From positions 12,068,524-12,132,523 of the forward strand of contig OZ199838.1 in the NCBI GenBank assembly GCA_964304625.1: DNA of 64,000 nt, given 5' to 3'. Positions 43,115-56,568 of the stretch are shown piece after piece. A model generated the notes under the pieces. The model did not search any database. It worked only from the letters and a program-made list of their open reading frames with translations, and was not told the origin of the DNA. Position numbers and translations under genes: made by a program. Within the stretch, counting starts at the first letter, position 1. The number at the start of each line of letters is the position of its first letter. This stretch comes from Kudoa neothunni. Its lineage: Eukaryota; Animalia; Cnidaria.

Positions 43115-44260
43115 ACCCTCTAACAGATGAAAAAAACAACCACCCTACAGGGGGCTTTGGGGAAAAAAGACACCAGAATCTTTTTCTTTTAATGTATTTA
43201 TAAAATTATTATAAAGTTATGAGAAAAACGTGAGTAAATTCTGCCTAAGGAATATTGAGAAAACAATTAGTTATTGCATAACTAATCCTCGGTGATCTGC
43301 TTCGGTAAGATTAGATATTATTTCGTAATAACTCGTGATTAGAGCGTATAGTATGTTTAGCCTCATTTGAAATATGGCAAACAAAAATCTCAATGAAAAA
43401 TAAAATATAAATTCTAACAAAGACGCTCTCTGCGGCAAAAATGCAGAAGAGTGACCGTAATCAAAAACAGCCACGGCGAATCAAATCGACCATGATGAAT
43501 TATTTATTTTAATTTATTTTTTAGTTTTGATTCAACATGAATTTACATTTAATATTATCATTCAGATATATACGATAGTTGTTGTAATCTATTATGTATC
43601 TCCTAGTCCCTCGTGATCATTTTTACAGGCCATAACACTCAGTTGAGTAAAGCATTCTTAATGTATTCTAAAATTTAAGTGTGGCGACTGATTTCTATGC
43701 GTTGTCACAATTTCTCCTTAGCGGCTACCTGTTATTAAATACAGGAATTTATAAGAACGAGAATTTCATGTTTAGTACAAACCTTAGATAATCAATTGTA
43801 GCAAATGTTTAATGTCAGTATCGAATATATATTATTTTACGAAATTCAGGCATTCCTACTATAAACTGTTTAATAAATATCAAAATTCAAATTTATAATT
43901 GTAGGATTAATTATCGATCCAACTATAACCTTTCATTGGTGAATGCTGCCACTGTTCTACAATTTACCTTTAATTTATTAAAAGATTATTTATTTGGAGA
44001 TATTTGTCGTTATCAGGGTTAATAACATGGATACTTTTGTTTGTTCTAGGTAATAAACCTTGGCGTCACAATACTTGTTGAAACGACGGCTTACGACATA
44101 TATGACACCACGTAATTAATCGGATTATCTAGAATAATAATTATTCAATTTCTTAGGCAGAATCTTTCAAAATCTTCCATATCGTTTTGTAATAATTTTT
44201 TTCATTCATTGAACTAAAAAATTCTTAGGTCTTTAAACCCCGACGGACTCTGGAGTAAAT
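43115..44260. mobile_element. Degenerate piggyBac-like MITE
   Basis: TTAA|CCCTCTAAC start. Inverted internal segments ATTCTGCCTAAG (~43239) and CTTAGGCAGAAT (~44152). Right end unclear. Confidence 0.4.
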
Positions 44261-44789
44261 AAGAAATTTTGTTTGATAAAATATAATCAATATTCCACAT
44301 AAAATTTTGTATGAATCTATTTATTAAAATAATTTAGGATAACAGACGAAACTTTAAGTATCTCAGATAATTATTAAATATTCTATGAAAAAATTAAAAT
44401 CCTTTTAGGATTTTAAAGGTCCCAAGCCCCTTAGAGGAATAATAGATATAATTTACGAAAAATATTAAACTTGTAAAGAAATTTAAGTAATAAAAAAAAT
44501 TCTCTCCATTTGTAAACTTGCATGACTCCTCAAGAATAAATTGCTTGGTATATGAATGATATAATAATTTTACGGCCATATACAGTCGTCTCTGGATATT
44601 GCGCACTAAATCAGAGAATTCAAGTTTGGGCGGAAACAAAATTGTAGGCAAATATCCGGATAATGAGAATATCTTTAAGTAAAACGTTTGTAGAATTTTA
44701 CTGAAATAACTAATGCATTCATTTAAAATAGTTCGTTGTGGGTTTTATGACAACTTTATCTGTTTATATATTGGAAATTTTATTTTAGA

Positions 44790-45620
44790 TTGTGTAGAGT
44801 ATTGTCAACGTCGTCGTTCTTGATGACTGTAGAAGCTTTGATTGATGTTTCATACGATTCGGCTATTCGTATATCATCTAGTGATGGGTCGTCCATTCTT
44901 AGTGCCGAATTTCTAACGAAATCGTCTGGTGGTGTGTCGGTGATTCTGACGTCTCGGATAGCTTTTCAAGCGTATGCAGCGTTACAATCCTTATTGGCGC
45001 AATGAAAATTGCATTTTTCGGCTTTCCCTCTAAGCTCTGAAATACATTCAGTGTATGTTTCGCTAGGCTTCTTTGACGTTTTGCTAAGGTTGATGAGGGT
45101 GACAAGTGGATGAGTTTACTTTTCCCAATATTTTGAGAGCGCTGAGATGATGTCATCATAATTTTTTGGCATCTAGCTCTTGTAACAGCTCATAGGTGTC
45201 TTTTCCAGATCACACTAGAAAGATTGCCCCTTCATGTATAGGGTTGCTTATGCCATATGCGGTGAAATGTTGCTCCATCCGGCCAAGATAAGTCGACCAT
45301 GCTTCGCCCTTCGCGTCGAAAGAAGGAAAGCTGGAAGTGTTGTTGTCGTGATCAGTTTTGTTTGTTCTGGACGTTAGGAAAAGTGACATCATTTTTCCCA
45401 TTAGTCTTTCCTGGTTTTTTTGGTTCCCCTCGGTGAGTTCCAGTATTAAGGTTTGCAATTCTTTGTTCATAGCTTTGATTCAGGTTCAATATGTTCATTG
45501 CACCACTGTTATGTTTCTTAAGTGGACTTACCCAAAATATAGAATAACACACGCGGCCCAACTGGGTCCAGTAAAATAATACTAAGGGGGCTTTAGCGGG
45601 ACGGATAGGCCGCCAATAAT
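44790..45620 (-). pseudogene. Ty3/Gypsy-type LTR retrotransposon gag remnant
   Basis: ORF 45210-45470 has FPSFDAKGEAWSTYLGRMEQHFTAYGI, a typical gag N-terminus, and REAEKCNF follows downstream. Frameshifted. Possible PBS-like TGGCGGCC at ~45608-45615; no paired LTRs seen. Confidence 0.7.
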
Positions 45621-46819
45621 AAGCAGTTATGGCTAATCCTTAACAGATTATGTGAAAATTAAATAGATCATCTGGAACTTCTGTCTTAAAAAGCTTTTCC
45701 AATGCATGTATCGAATATGTGGTTGAAATTTTCTCACAAGTTTATCTTCATCTAAACTGTATTGATCATATGAGAAAACTCTATTAATAGGACAAAGTTC
45801 TAAATAATTTGTAGACGTTATCATAATTTTAATCTGATTATATATATATAATTTTATAATTCTCTGGTACAGTTACCATTAATGGTGACTTTGTTTGAAT
45901 AGAAGATGCCATTTTCAATATTATCGTAAAATAATATATCTAACTAGATTAAAAAATTGTAACATTTAAAATAAAGTGTTCCATCATCAATAGAGTTTTC
46001 GTGATTAATGTGAAAACATCCGTTAAATGTCTAAATATAACCTCATTTTATGCTTATTAATGTTAAAATTCTATTTATTAATATTTCTAAAATAAAAATT
46101 GATTTTCCACCAAATCCTAAGAATGGAATACTTGAAATAGGGAGTCAACAGTTTATTATTCTAGAATGAAAATGAACATGTTGAAAAAAATACATAAACT
46201 AAAAAAATATAATTATATTAAAAATATTATTTTTAACAAACTTATGTATATTAAACTCGTTAAATATAACAAATTAATAATAGGAATCAAGTGGATATTG
46301 TTTGATTAAAAATAAGGAGAGTATCAGATGATAAAACAAATATAAACATAAATGACTTATTTTAATACGATTAAGAAATACATTTATTATAACAAATCAA
46401 CTATTTGAAGGGAAAATTATCGGAATTTATATATTAACAACAATTCTCTTGGAGTTGCGCAAAATTTAGATTTTAATTAAAAGCATTAAACTTAAATAAA
46501 GACAGTTTTAATCATTTATTAAATAGATCTCAAATAGGTATTTAACAATTGTTAAAATTAACATAATTTGTGTTGCTGCGCACGCGCCAGCTGCGCGATA
46601 TCCAGAGTATACATTGAATGGGGAGACATTTTGCTGTGCAATATAAAGAAAGTGCACAATATCCAGGTTTTGCCATATAGAATAAAATTAATAATTTTTT
46701 TTGTATTATATGGAATTATATATAACTGGTATTGATTATTGTTGAAGAATAAAATAAGTTTATTATATATTAATATCAACTCACTACGCAATATCCAGAG
46801 ACGACTATAATCCTTGTAT

Positions 46820-47316
46820 CAGGGGTCACAAAATTACGTCCCGCGGTGTCCCCCTTAAAATTTGAATACGCATGCGGCACGGCCTAATTTCAGGTACGCC
46901 TGTAGAATTAATAGGGCGACCTGGAAGCAGTGTCAGATTGAGCTTATGCTAATAAGAAATTAGCAAAATTTTATCATTTTGTACAAAATACCAAAGTAAA
47001 TCGATATAATAATATTAAATAAAAGAAAAACTATGTTTATAAGAATATTTTATTTCTTTTTGGACCCTCCAGGGTATGCATTGCATACGCTGATGCCAGG
47101 GGCCGGATTTATTTGGTGCCTCACAAGAAAAAACCTTTATCAAACATGAATCCATTCCATGTTTACACTCAAAAAGATTCATAATTTTGTTATATTTATA
47201 TAATTTTTGTTTCATTTTTATAATTGTTCGGTTTCCAAATAAAAATTTAATTCGGCCCTCGAAGCCTATGAAGATCTAAAATGCGGCCCGCCAGTCAAAA
47301 ACTTTGGTGACCCCTG
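46820..47316. mobile_element. hAT (Charlie/Buster-type) MITE
   Basis: TIRs CAGGGGTCAC(A/C)AAA, CGGCCC-type subterminal motifs, degenerate TSD CCTTGTAT / CCTGATAT. Confidence 0.8.
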
Positions 47317-47427
47317 CCTGATATCATTAAGATCGCAATAAATTATATATTTTGGGAAAATTATTGTTTGAAGAATATTTTTCTAAAAATTTCAAACAAT
47401 TTCTAGTGTATCGAAAACGACGCGCCA

Positions 47428-48169
47428 GGTTGAATTATCGGCTTATTTTCGAGTATAGACCACACTAAAAAAGTTTCGAAATCCGCATGCGACTTATAGA
47501 AGTGACAAAAATTTAAAAATAAGAACATCTAGTAGTAGAGTATATAATATTTTCGTAATAAATTAATTTTCTAATTTAAATGTAAGTTCGCCAGCTCTGG
47601 ATTAAATGGATGTCGAAGGAATTGGCTAAAAAGACAACTTCAGCAAATTTAAAACATCTGCATTAACTATTATCTATCATAGTTGGCTAGATGAAAAATT
47701 CATGGGAATAAATAGGTTGAGAAATTATCCAAAGATAATTCAAAAAATGCGACATATCAAATATATCTAATTCAATGGACGGGGCGAAGATGATATATTT
47801 TAAGTGGATTAAAAAATTGAAAATAACAATGAAGAGGTTGACGAAATTCACGACGACACCATAACTGCCAAATAAAGAGTATGTCTACTTGTGGAGAACA
47901 AATCTTCTTCTGATTTAATCGGCGAAAAACATTAACACTTGAAACTTATTTTTTTGGAAATACTAGAATTATATGAATTTGAAATCAATATTTTCTCGCT
48001 TTATTCTATAAATTTAATTTTTCGAATTAGCTTAAACTAACATCTAATCTGTTAAAAATTTTTAAACTGAAAACTTCTCCGTTCAAGGTGCAGCTAATAC
48101 ATGAACCAACCAAAATCATGAGAAATTATTCCAAAACCACCTGCGACTTATACTTGAGTATACATGGTA
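47428..48169. mobile_element. Degenerate pogo/Tc2-type element
   Basis: Left ...TTTTCGAGTATAGACC, right GCGACTTATACTTGAGTATACATGG|TA, internal GCGACTTATA repeat. Confidence 0.5.
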
Positions 48170-48398
48170 GGTTAATGCCTCAAAAATGACAAAGGTTATT
48201 TCAACTCCTGCGCATGCATAACAAATATTTCGTCTACTCAATCAACTGCTACTTGGGGTTGTACGTGTTCGTACACTATTTTATTTTTGATGACGTTGTT
48301 AGAAAAATCAAAATTAAATAAGCTACATTATGTATGAATAGATGATAAAGGAAATGAAACGTTAAATTCTGACCAAAGGCACTCGCGCATAACTAAGT

Positions 48399-49476
48399 AT
48401 GGCGGTTGATCTGTTAGAATTATTGAAACAGGTTTGCACAGACAGTGCACTTATCAAAAAATTACAACAAAAAACCAACCAGAAATCTCTCAACGAGGTT
48501 GGTTGTTTCTCTAGCCGCAATATACATGATTGTGAATTTCCATTTTTTTGTTAGGCTAACAAAGAAATTGCTCATATCATTGAAATTTTTAGTGGTGAAT
48601 CCACCATAAATTTTAACGAAGATAATTACAAAGCCATTTTGGATAAAATATCTGAAGCAGGTAATGCAAAATAATTCAAACTAATATAAGAAAGCGTTAC
48701 TTTGACGAGCAAGATTTATAAAGTTATGTTGTTATGATTATTTATTTCTGATGTTATAAAATCTCATTTAATATTTAAAAATGTTATAATTCGAGTTCGA
48801 AATCTTAGGAGTAGGTGTAGGTTAAAAATTGCCTCCATATCCTCATAAAAATATTATATAATAAATATAATATCATATTTATGTTGAGTGATGTTTATTG
48901 GAAGAAAATCCAAACTTTGATTAATGGAGCATCCCATAACAAAAACTCAGTTATTAAATATCCCCTCTAGATATATGCGGCTCGCTGGACAAACTCATGG
49001 CTATATTGTACGAGTTGAATCAAGCTCAGCAACAACTAAAGACTGAAGTACAAACGGAAACCAATCGACTTATAAGTGAAGAATTCGAAGTAGTTACCAT
49101 TTTGAAAAGGATGAATTAAAATTATAATTGATAGCAAGTAAAGAATATCTCACTAAGCACCAACTCAAACAACCAACAACAACTTGATGTTGGTTCTATA
49201 AATGAAGCGGTGTCCAAGCTATCAGTAATAAATGGTCTTATTGGGTTATTTAATGTGATGCACTTAGAAACTATATCAACAATACACAAACTCATACAGT
49301 AACAATAATGATAATGATAACAATACAAACGAGTCCAATCCAAGTGTAATGGCAGAAGCTGCTGATGACGGTGTGTCGAAGAATTTTTACCCTCTCGAAT
49401 ATAATTTTGATTCCATCTTTAACCGTACCAACTAGCGATTAATTACTTGAGTTGGCTTTATTTAGCAATTCCTTGA
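48399..49476 (+). CDS. Unannotated multi-exon gene, ~185-aa helical/coiled-coil protein of unknown function
   Basis: Six exons join through GT-AG introns into one frame: MAVDLLELLKQVCTDSALIKKLQQKTNQKSLNE|ANKEIAHII...KISEA|DICGSLDKLMAILYELNQAQQQLKTEVQ...EEFE|QVKNIS...SKLS|KLYQQYTNS...AADD|AINYLSWLYLAIP*. The last exon is least certain. Confidence 0.65.
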
Positions 49477-49867
49477 TTTTCATTTGAATTTTTGTATTAT
49501 ATGCAAAATAAGAAGGACAATTATAATACTTTTATGACTTCACGCCTTGCATCGGGATCGTTTGCCAAGTCGACGCCTTGAAAACTCTTAGGAATAGGAT
49601 TCTATGTACAAACGGATTAGCCGGCTCATTGTGCGAATTCAAATAACTATTTGTTTGAATTTATAGTTTTTTGGAATTTGACTTAATTTGACAGCTCGAT
49701 ACACAAGGTAGCATGAGAATCCTAACGATACCTAAAGTAGGGTAGTGTTATGTATCGTTTGAATTTAGGCGCAGAAACCGTTAGAAACAGCACGTTTTTA
49801 GTCTTTTCTCTCATTTGGCATCTCGCGCATGCGGCCACATTTTTAATTATAGGGAAGTTCAATCAAA

Positions 49868-50709
49868 ATGAGCTTATTTACAATCAGTTTGAGACTTCTA
49901 TTTTTAGCTAAGATTGTCTCCAGTTAAATGAGCGTCAAGAAGAATGCTGCGAGTTTAATTGTCTAATATAGTGGGTGGCGTGTAGTTAGTAATTTGAGAA
50001 AATGTTACGAAATTAATGTACACGTAATATTATAACAAGTTATTCAGTTCTCAAACTATTTAAAAACAATTATTTGACCATTATGAATATAAATAAAATA
50101 TTTTTTAATCAATTAATTATGTTGTTATGGATTTTTTTGTAGTGACATGTGGTTCTTAACTTGTCAGGTGAATTGAGATTTTTGTTTTCGATTGGTGACG
50201 AAACGGAGGACAGAACTATAAATTGACTTAGGATTTTAAAAGAGAAATATGAAATAATAAAGTTTCCCGAAACTAACCAAGACATGGATCGGAAACAATG
50301 TTGAAAATGACGCCAATACTAATGATTTTATAAATGATGGTAACTGTCCTAGAGATGGCAGGTTTCATAAATTTGACGACAGAGAACGAAAAATTATTCG
50401 ATTCAAAATTGTCTCTTTTATTTGTCCGATTTAAGTCATTATTTGGAATATCATGGTTTAAATAGTTATAAACATCAAACGGATATTGAACGAGAAGTAC
50501 ACGATATAATTGTCAGAAAACTTAAAAAATTACTAAAACTGAGTAATTTCCCCTAAAATAATTTATTATTGTAGTTGATTTATAGCGTTGTTCCCTCCTA
50601 CTGTCGCGCGCTCAATCTCAGAAACTACGAACCACATGTATTGCACGTGTGGTTCGGAACTTTTTCTTGGTCCCAATGGGATTACGAACCACCAGGCCCC
50701 CCACTGTAA
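49868..50709 (+). CDS. Tentative multi-exon gene of unknown function
   Basis: Exon-like GC-richer blocks bounded by AG/GT. Putative last exon 50575-50709 encodes LIYSVVPSYCRALNLRNYEPHVLHVWFGTFSWSQWDYEPPGPPL*. The 5' structure could not be resolved. Confidence 0.35.
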
Positions 50710-51699
50710 TTCGATTTGTCATCGTCGAGTGAGATTAAGAGAACAATTTGTGGAGCAACGAAGTTTTTAATTATACCTTCATTATTGATATTATAAAATA
50801 AACTAATATAAGTTTTTTATTAAAACACTATTCTCCATATTTTATATATCCATAATATAAGTAGGTAATTAAATTCTGGGTAAGCAGCGCCAACCCTGAG
50901 AGCACAAAACAACAAAAACTTTCAAACAAAATGGTTTTCATTCAATTTAATATTGTTATATTAATTTATCTTCTTATTTCGCATAAAATTGTAGAGTTTG
51001 ATAATTTTTTAAAAGCATAAGCATAAACTGGCGCTGCCTACAGGCCGCCCTATAACTCTACAGGCGCATCCAAAAGGAGCATGCGTCGCATGTGCCAGTT
51101 AACACACGGCATTTTATTGGCCTCTGGAAGCAGAATCTTTGATTCCTCTTGAATACTTTCGACTCAATATTCAAAATTAAAAAATTTTTTCACACTTTTT
51201 GACAACTTTTATTCTTTTTTTCAATTTCAAGTTAATAAATTGTTTATCTTTTATTTATAGGAACACTAGACCTAGACATTACACTTTACGGAGTAAATCA
51301 TTTTTTAATGATTAAACTCTAATCGTTAATCCCTGTTTTGTTTACTTTAAAAAATGCCGTAGGAATCATGAATAACAGTGAATATGTTAAAGCATTTTCA
51401 AAACTTTATTATGAAGAAAAAATGAAAATTATCACTGATGGTAAACCTATCCCAAAGCTTCCACAATTACAACAAATCGGCTTTTTTGTTTTCTGTGCAT
51501 GCTTTCCTCAGCATCCCGTGAAATTGTTCTGGTGAATGAAGGGTATTGTGACTTAAAAATTTTTTTACAACTTCAAAACTCACGTTCATCTAATACTGGG
51601 ATAAAATCATTGAGTGCTTACCCCAGGCAAATATCCACGCCACGCGCCTGATCCTGGGAAAGGTCAACCGACTATAAGTCAGTAAATGCTGACTATGAA

Positions 51700-52600
51700 C
51701 ACGAGGGAAAAATATAGAAAAAAATGGAAACTATCTGGGAAAACATATTTCTTAAATGCTTTTATTAAAATACAATAAAACAAGCATTGGAAAGATTCAG
51801 AAGCGTCGAGATGATAGAAAATCGAATTTATTTAATGACCAACAATTGGACATTATATCTTGGATTGTGTTGAATTTTCTATCACGCTCACTCAGAATAA
51901 ACACACGCGACCCGTTCAGGTCCGACAGTAAAACCATATAGAGGTTGCTTAACAAGGCTAAAGCGTTAATGGAAGAGGTCCGACCAACCAGAATTCCACA
52001 ACCTAATAAGTTGCGCCAGGGGTTTTACCTTGTAAAAAAATTGCTTAACGAGGCGGTGAAGCCGCCGTTAATTTGTATATTAGTTATAATCTCCAGCAGA
52101 TTAACTGTAATTTTCTGTTGCGAATGAACAATATCATCAGAGCAATGAATGAAAAGTTGGGATTTAGGCCAGCATAAATACGGTTTATAGGATTATATGG
52201 AACTCCCATTACACGATTAAATCTAATGTCCTGATTCTTAAGAGAATAATCTTTGAATCTACCATTGAAGCGCAATTTAAATACGCCAAAGATGGGAAAA
52301 TTTTGACAAGAGATAAAAATTTGATATCTGTATTGTAGGTTAGGTCTAGGATATGATAAAATCAAGAAAGAGAGAGTTCAGCTAAAAGTGTTCCGTCATA
52401 TCTTAATTAAATTTAACCGAGGTATAAATATTCAGGTTGAGTCTGCTGTGAATAAATATGGGATGATATATTTTAAAATTCTTGATAAGGCGGCCAATGG
52501 TGAAGACATCCAAAAATGTCTTATTAAAATAAAACATGCCTTCATATCTAAATATATAAAAAAAATTACCTTAACATCACGCGTATGCATCATTTAAACA
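51700..52600 (+). pseudogene. Highly decayed IS630/Tc1-like transposase
   Basis: ORF 52388-52597 (NIQVESAVNKYGMIYFKILDKAANGED) resembles the segment between the two Asp motifs of IS630/Tc1-like transposases. Confidence 0.4.
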
Positions 52601-52739
52601 GACTTAACGACACAATTGACTTATTTTAATTTACAGAATTTAATGATTATCACAAAATAATGTTACATTTATTGCCAAAAATTATTACAATTTAAAAATA
52701 TAAATAAACTAATAATAATATTCAAACGTAAAAACAACA

Positions 52740-54725
52740 TTAAAGAAACATAATATTTTTGGAAAGTTCATCAATCATTGGAGTAACAGCGTAGTAGGTG
52801 GTGAAATAGAACAACACACCCAAAGTAATAGAAATTGGAAGGGCAGGAAGAGCGTGTTTGGATACTGCAAGAAGGATTAATGTGGAGCACAATCCCTATA
52901 ATATTGTGTATTAGTTTTAGGGTATTAAATATTTATTTTAATGTCGACATTAAAATAACGACGACTTACTGTCAATATGCCAATAGTACATGCGTACACG
53001 GTGTTCCAATCGCTAGATGCTGCAGCTTTCCCAATCAAAACACTATAAAAAATAAAGTCCCCGAGACCCAACTTTACTCCAGCAACCTCTAAAATTTAGA
53101 TATTATTCAACGCGATCAGATTGTGACAAAAAACCGTAATCATCAACTCCAGCGCTGGGAGGGCAAGCTTCATCTTCGACTATTGCAGGAATCTGACTTC
53201 CGTGTTCGGCATAATTAGTTGATTGAGTATCAGGTGAAAGTGAAGGATCTAAACTGGGAGATCCAGGATTGTTTTCACTGGAATCAATGTCTGTGGAATC
53301 ATTCGATTCACTCGTATTTGATTTGCTTTTACTCTCATCCTCATTTTCATGCACAACGGACATCACCCACGCCATCGAGGAATAGATAAGAGCGGGCATT
53401 AGCGGTTGATTTCTTTCTTGAACAATGTTTATCAACATTTTTAAAGGTCCACCGGGGCACAAAACAGCAATTATATCTATGAAATTTTACAGTTTAAACA
53501 TGAAAATCCAAACAGATGGAGTTATCGGTATGATAAAATTTATCTATTTTTTAAAGTAATGCACAATCAACATAGATAGGGTTTTAAAATCAACCACTTT
53601 CATTTGTTGTTCGCGCAAAAAATAAGTTTTGTCAGATATTACTTTAATGTATTATTAACAATACCAATAACGTGGCCTGTGAACAAAAAAACTCGAATCA
53701 TTACCATAGGCAGCCAAAGCTACCAAAAATACCCATGAAGTCCATTCTGGGAGGTATTTAATGAAAACTAAGGACTATATGATAAAATTAAGAGTATTAA
53801 TAAGACAGTTAAACGATTCTACCATTAAAGCCGACGTGGATATGAGATAAAATTGTTGGATTTTTAGTGGTGATTTCCAGTGAATGGAAATCAACCCCAA
53901 TATACCAAAGTTGTATAACAATATCATAAATGAAATATAGTCGAAGCTCCAATTTGCCGCTTCTATGACTTGCCTAAATCATTTGTTGTGTTAGAAGATA
54001 GGCTCATTTTCAACCTTCACCACAGTGATGGTAGTCATTTGTTGAATAATTACGCTAGAAAATTCCCAGAGAACAGAAAAAGCACCATAAATGAAACAAA
54101 CACCAACCAACCGTGTATCAGCTATAAATTATAAACATATGAGAGATGAATTTCGATAACAATCTTACTTTGTAACATTTAAAATAATATAACATCACCA
54201 GCAAAAATGTCATCAGCACCACAACGCCAATAATTATAAGACTGTTGGCTATCGCATGACCTAACTTGCTGGCTCCTGAAATGGGTCCATCTTCATAAAA
54301 TGCAATGTATGGTCTGTAAAATTTAGAGTTAGTCAAATTTCTGTTACTTATTTTGAACAAACATACAAGTAAACTCCATCATTCCTCGAATAAAAGGTTA
54401 TCGAAGTTATTATAACAACGACACAAGCCAAACATAAAGAGACTGGGACAAGAATTTTCCTTAACGAATCCGTTACCTCCTCAATTAAAGCCTCCCTTTC
54501 TTCGGCAGGCAACTGTGATATATCAAGTGGAGGATGATCATTATCATCATTTTGTCTATTTGTAGGACGGATTCTAGATTCGGTGTACTCGGTCAAAAAC
54601 TGTTTGTTCTTTTGGTTGCCAACCTCGGCATTTGTATCTTGAGGATCGTTTGCCGGAGATATATCATCCTTCAAATTTTGTATGTTATAATTTAATGGGC
54701 CATAAATTACTGTACTATTTGACAT
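52740..54725 (-). CDS. PSEN: Presenilin (gamma-secretase catalytic subunit), multi-exon
   Basis: [16 protein letters not shown]|[34 protein letters not shown], catalytic AY|[30 protein letters not shown] and LPALPISI motifs. Splices in frame through GT-AG introns. Confidence 0.96.
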
Positions 54726-55077
54726 CACTTGAACCACGGTACCCACAAAAAATCGCACTATAAAAACACAAAGTTAAATACCCGAGTTTATATTCTAGTA
54801 CGATTTATTCCGATTTGGATTATACTGATTTGGACGTTCATTTCATTTAATGTATTCTGAAAATTCTAGATAAGAAAAGTTTGAAAGATTTTTTTTTAAT
54901 TTTTAACATTTTTAATCAGGATAATATAACTTTTTTATTCAAATTAATAGACTATTATTATTTTCGACAAACAAAAAATCCCTAACTTAAGTTACATTTA
55001 TATCGAAGTTATTTATAACGTGTGTTAGTTCAGATATAATAAATGATTAATTGCATCGATTAACGCGTAGCAACTAA

Positions 55078-55312
55078 GGCATTCGCTATTGACACGGAAG
55101 TTTTTAATCGAAATTTGAGACTACGTTTTCACAGTGCCCATTCTTAATTCCGGCTACTCCTATTTATAGTTGATCTATCCATTTTATTTTTTAGAATCTG
55201 CTATATTTAATTATTTTTTGACCCTAGGGGGGTAACGAAGGTTTAAAAATAATTAAATGCTGTCAAAATTATATTTACCCGGATATTATGATCCGTGTCA
55301 ATAGCCACTTCC
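55078..55312. mobile_element. 235-bp MITE with perfect 9-bp TSD (same terminal family as 35328-39510)
   Basis: AGCAACTAA on both flanks (55069-55077 and 55313-55321). TIRs GGCATTCGCTATTGACACGGA / TCCGTGTCAATAGCCACTTCC. Confidence 0.85.
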
Positions 55313-56568
55313 AGCAACTAATCCACTCGCGTCGGCGCCAAATGTAAGCCTCATACAGCATCCATACAACTTTTAGCGATTTGTCAGAATATTTCAAAAT
55401 ACACATACTCTATATTGACTGATACTAATTTTTTAAATTTTATTTTGTTGTAAAAATGAATAAAAACAAGTTACAAATTGGGACAAAAATAATATGGAGG
55501 CGTTTTTCTTAATTAATTAGGGATGAATTAAAAATGATATATATTTAAACATACATATATATGCATATATAATAAAATTGATCATATATAAAAAAGAATG
55601 AAATATTTTTATTCCAATATTAATGCATGAAAAGATTTTCATGACGATAAGTAAAGTACGTTCTCATAAAACTAGCCTAATAAGCAACAAGTCGAATCAT
55701 TTAATCATATACCCCCTTTGTTACCTCCTTACAGTCTAATACTAATCTAATAATCAAATTGAGAATTTTCTATTTTTAATTATTCATAAGAAATCAAACG
55801 CATCCAATCAGAAAGAATTTTTTGGTGCAATCATGACTTTTCACGATTGATTTACTTAAAAATTAATACAAAACTAGAGTGATCACTATCAAATAATTGT
55901 ATGTTAGTGTACTGAAATTCTCGCATCATCAATTGTCAGAATGAGACATTACTAATATTTTGTAATCATATTTAAACAATTTGCTTTTAATTTAGAAATA
56001 ACGAAAATTTTTATTCGCGCGCATTCGTGTGATTAGTAATAGCATTAAGCTTTTTAATGTGAAATTATTCATCCGAATTATATATTTTGCTAATATATAA
56101 TATCAAAATGTTATTTTTGCATTAATATTAAATTTATAAAGGCATTTACCGCATAGAAATTAGGAATATTTTTCCTTTGGCGTTTTTACAAATTATACAA
56201 CCAGCATTATTCAAATTAAGGAATGAACATTACAAAATTAAAAAAATCGTTACAAAGAGTTTGTAAATTATTCGTCGCAAAGAGATGAACTAGTGATAAA
56301 TGTGATATATTAATTTGGCTCAAAAAATTACTGGGCAATGCAGTATTTCTACAGTTATATTCATGTCATACATAATAATGTTATTATGATCGTATCATTA
56401 GAGTTTAAAATCTTTTCTCTTATGTAATAATTCATAGAATTCAAAAACCTATGCGTTATTAATGGTTTAATCCATATCGATTGGTGTCAATTCTCCAACA
56501 AATTTTCTGTAAGATAAAAAACTTTAATTAATTAAATTTATATAATGAAAAATTTTATTATTTATTGA

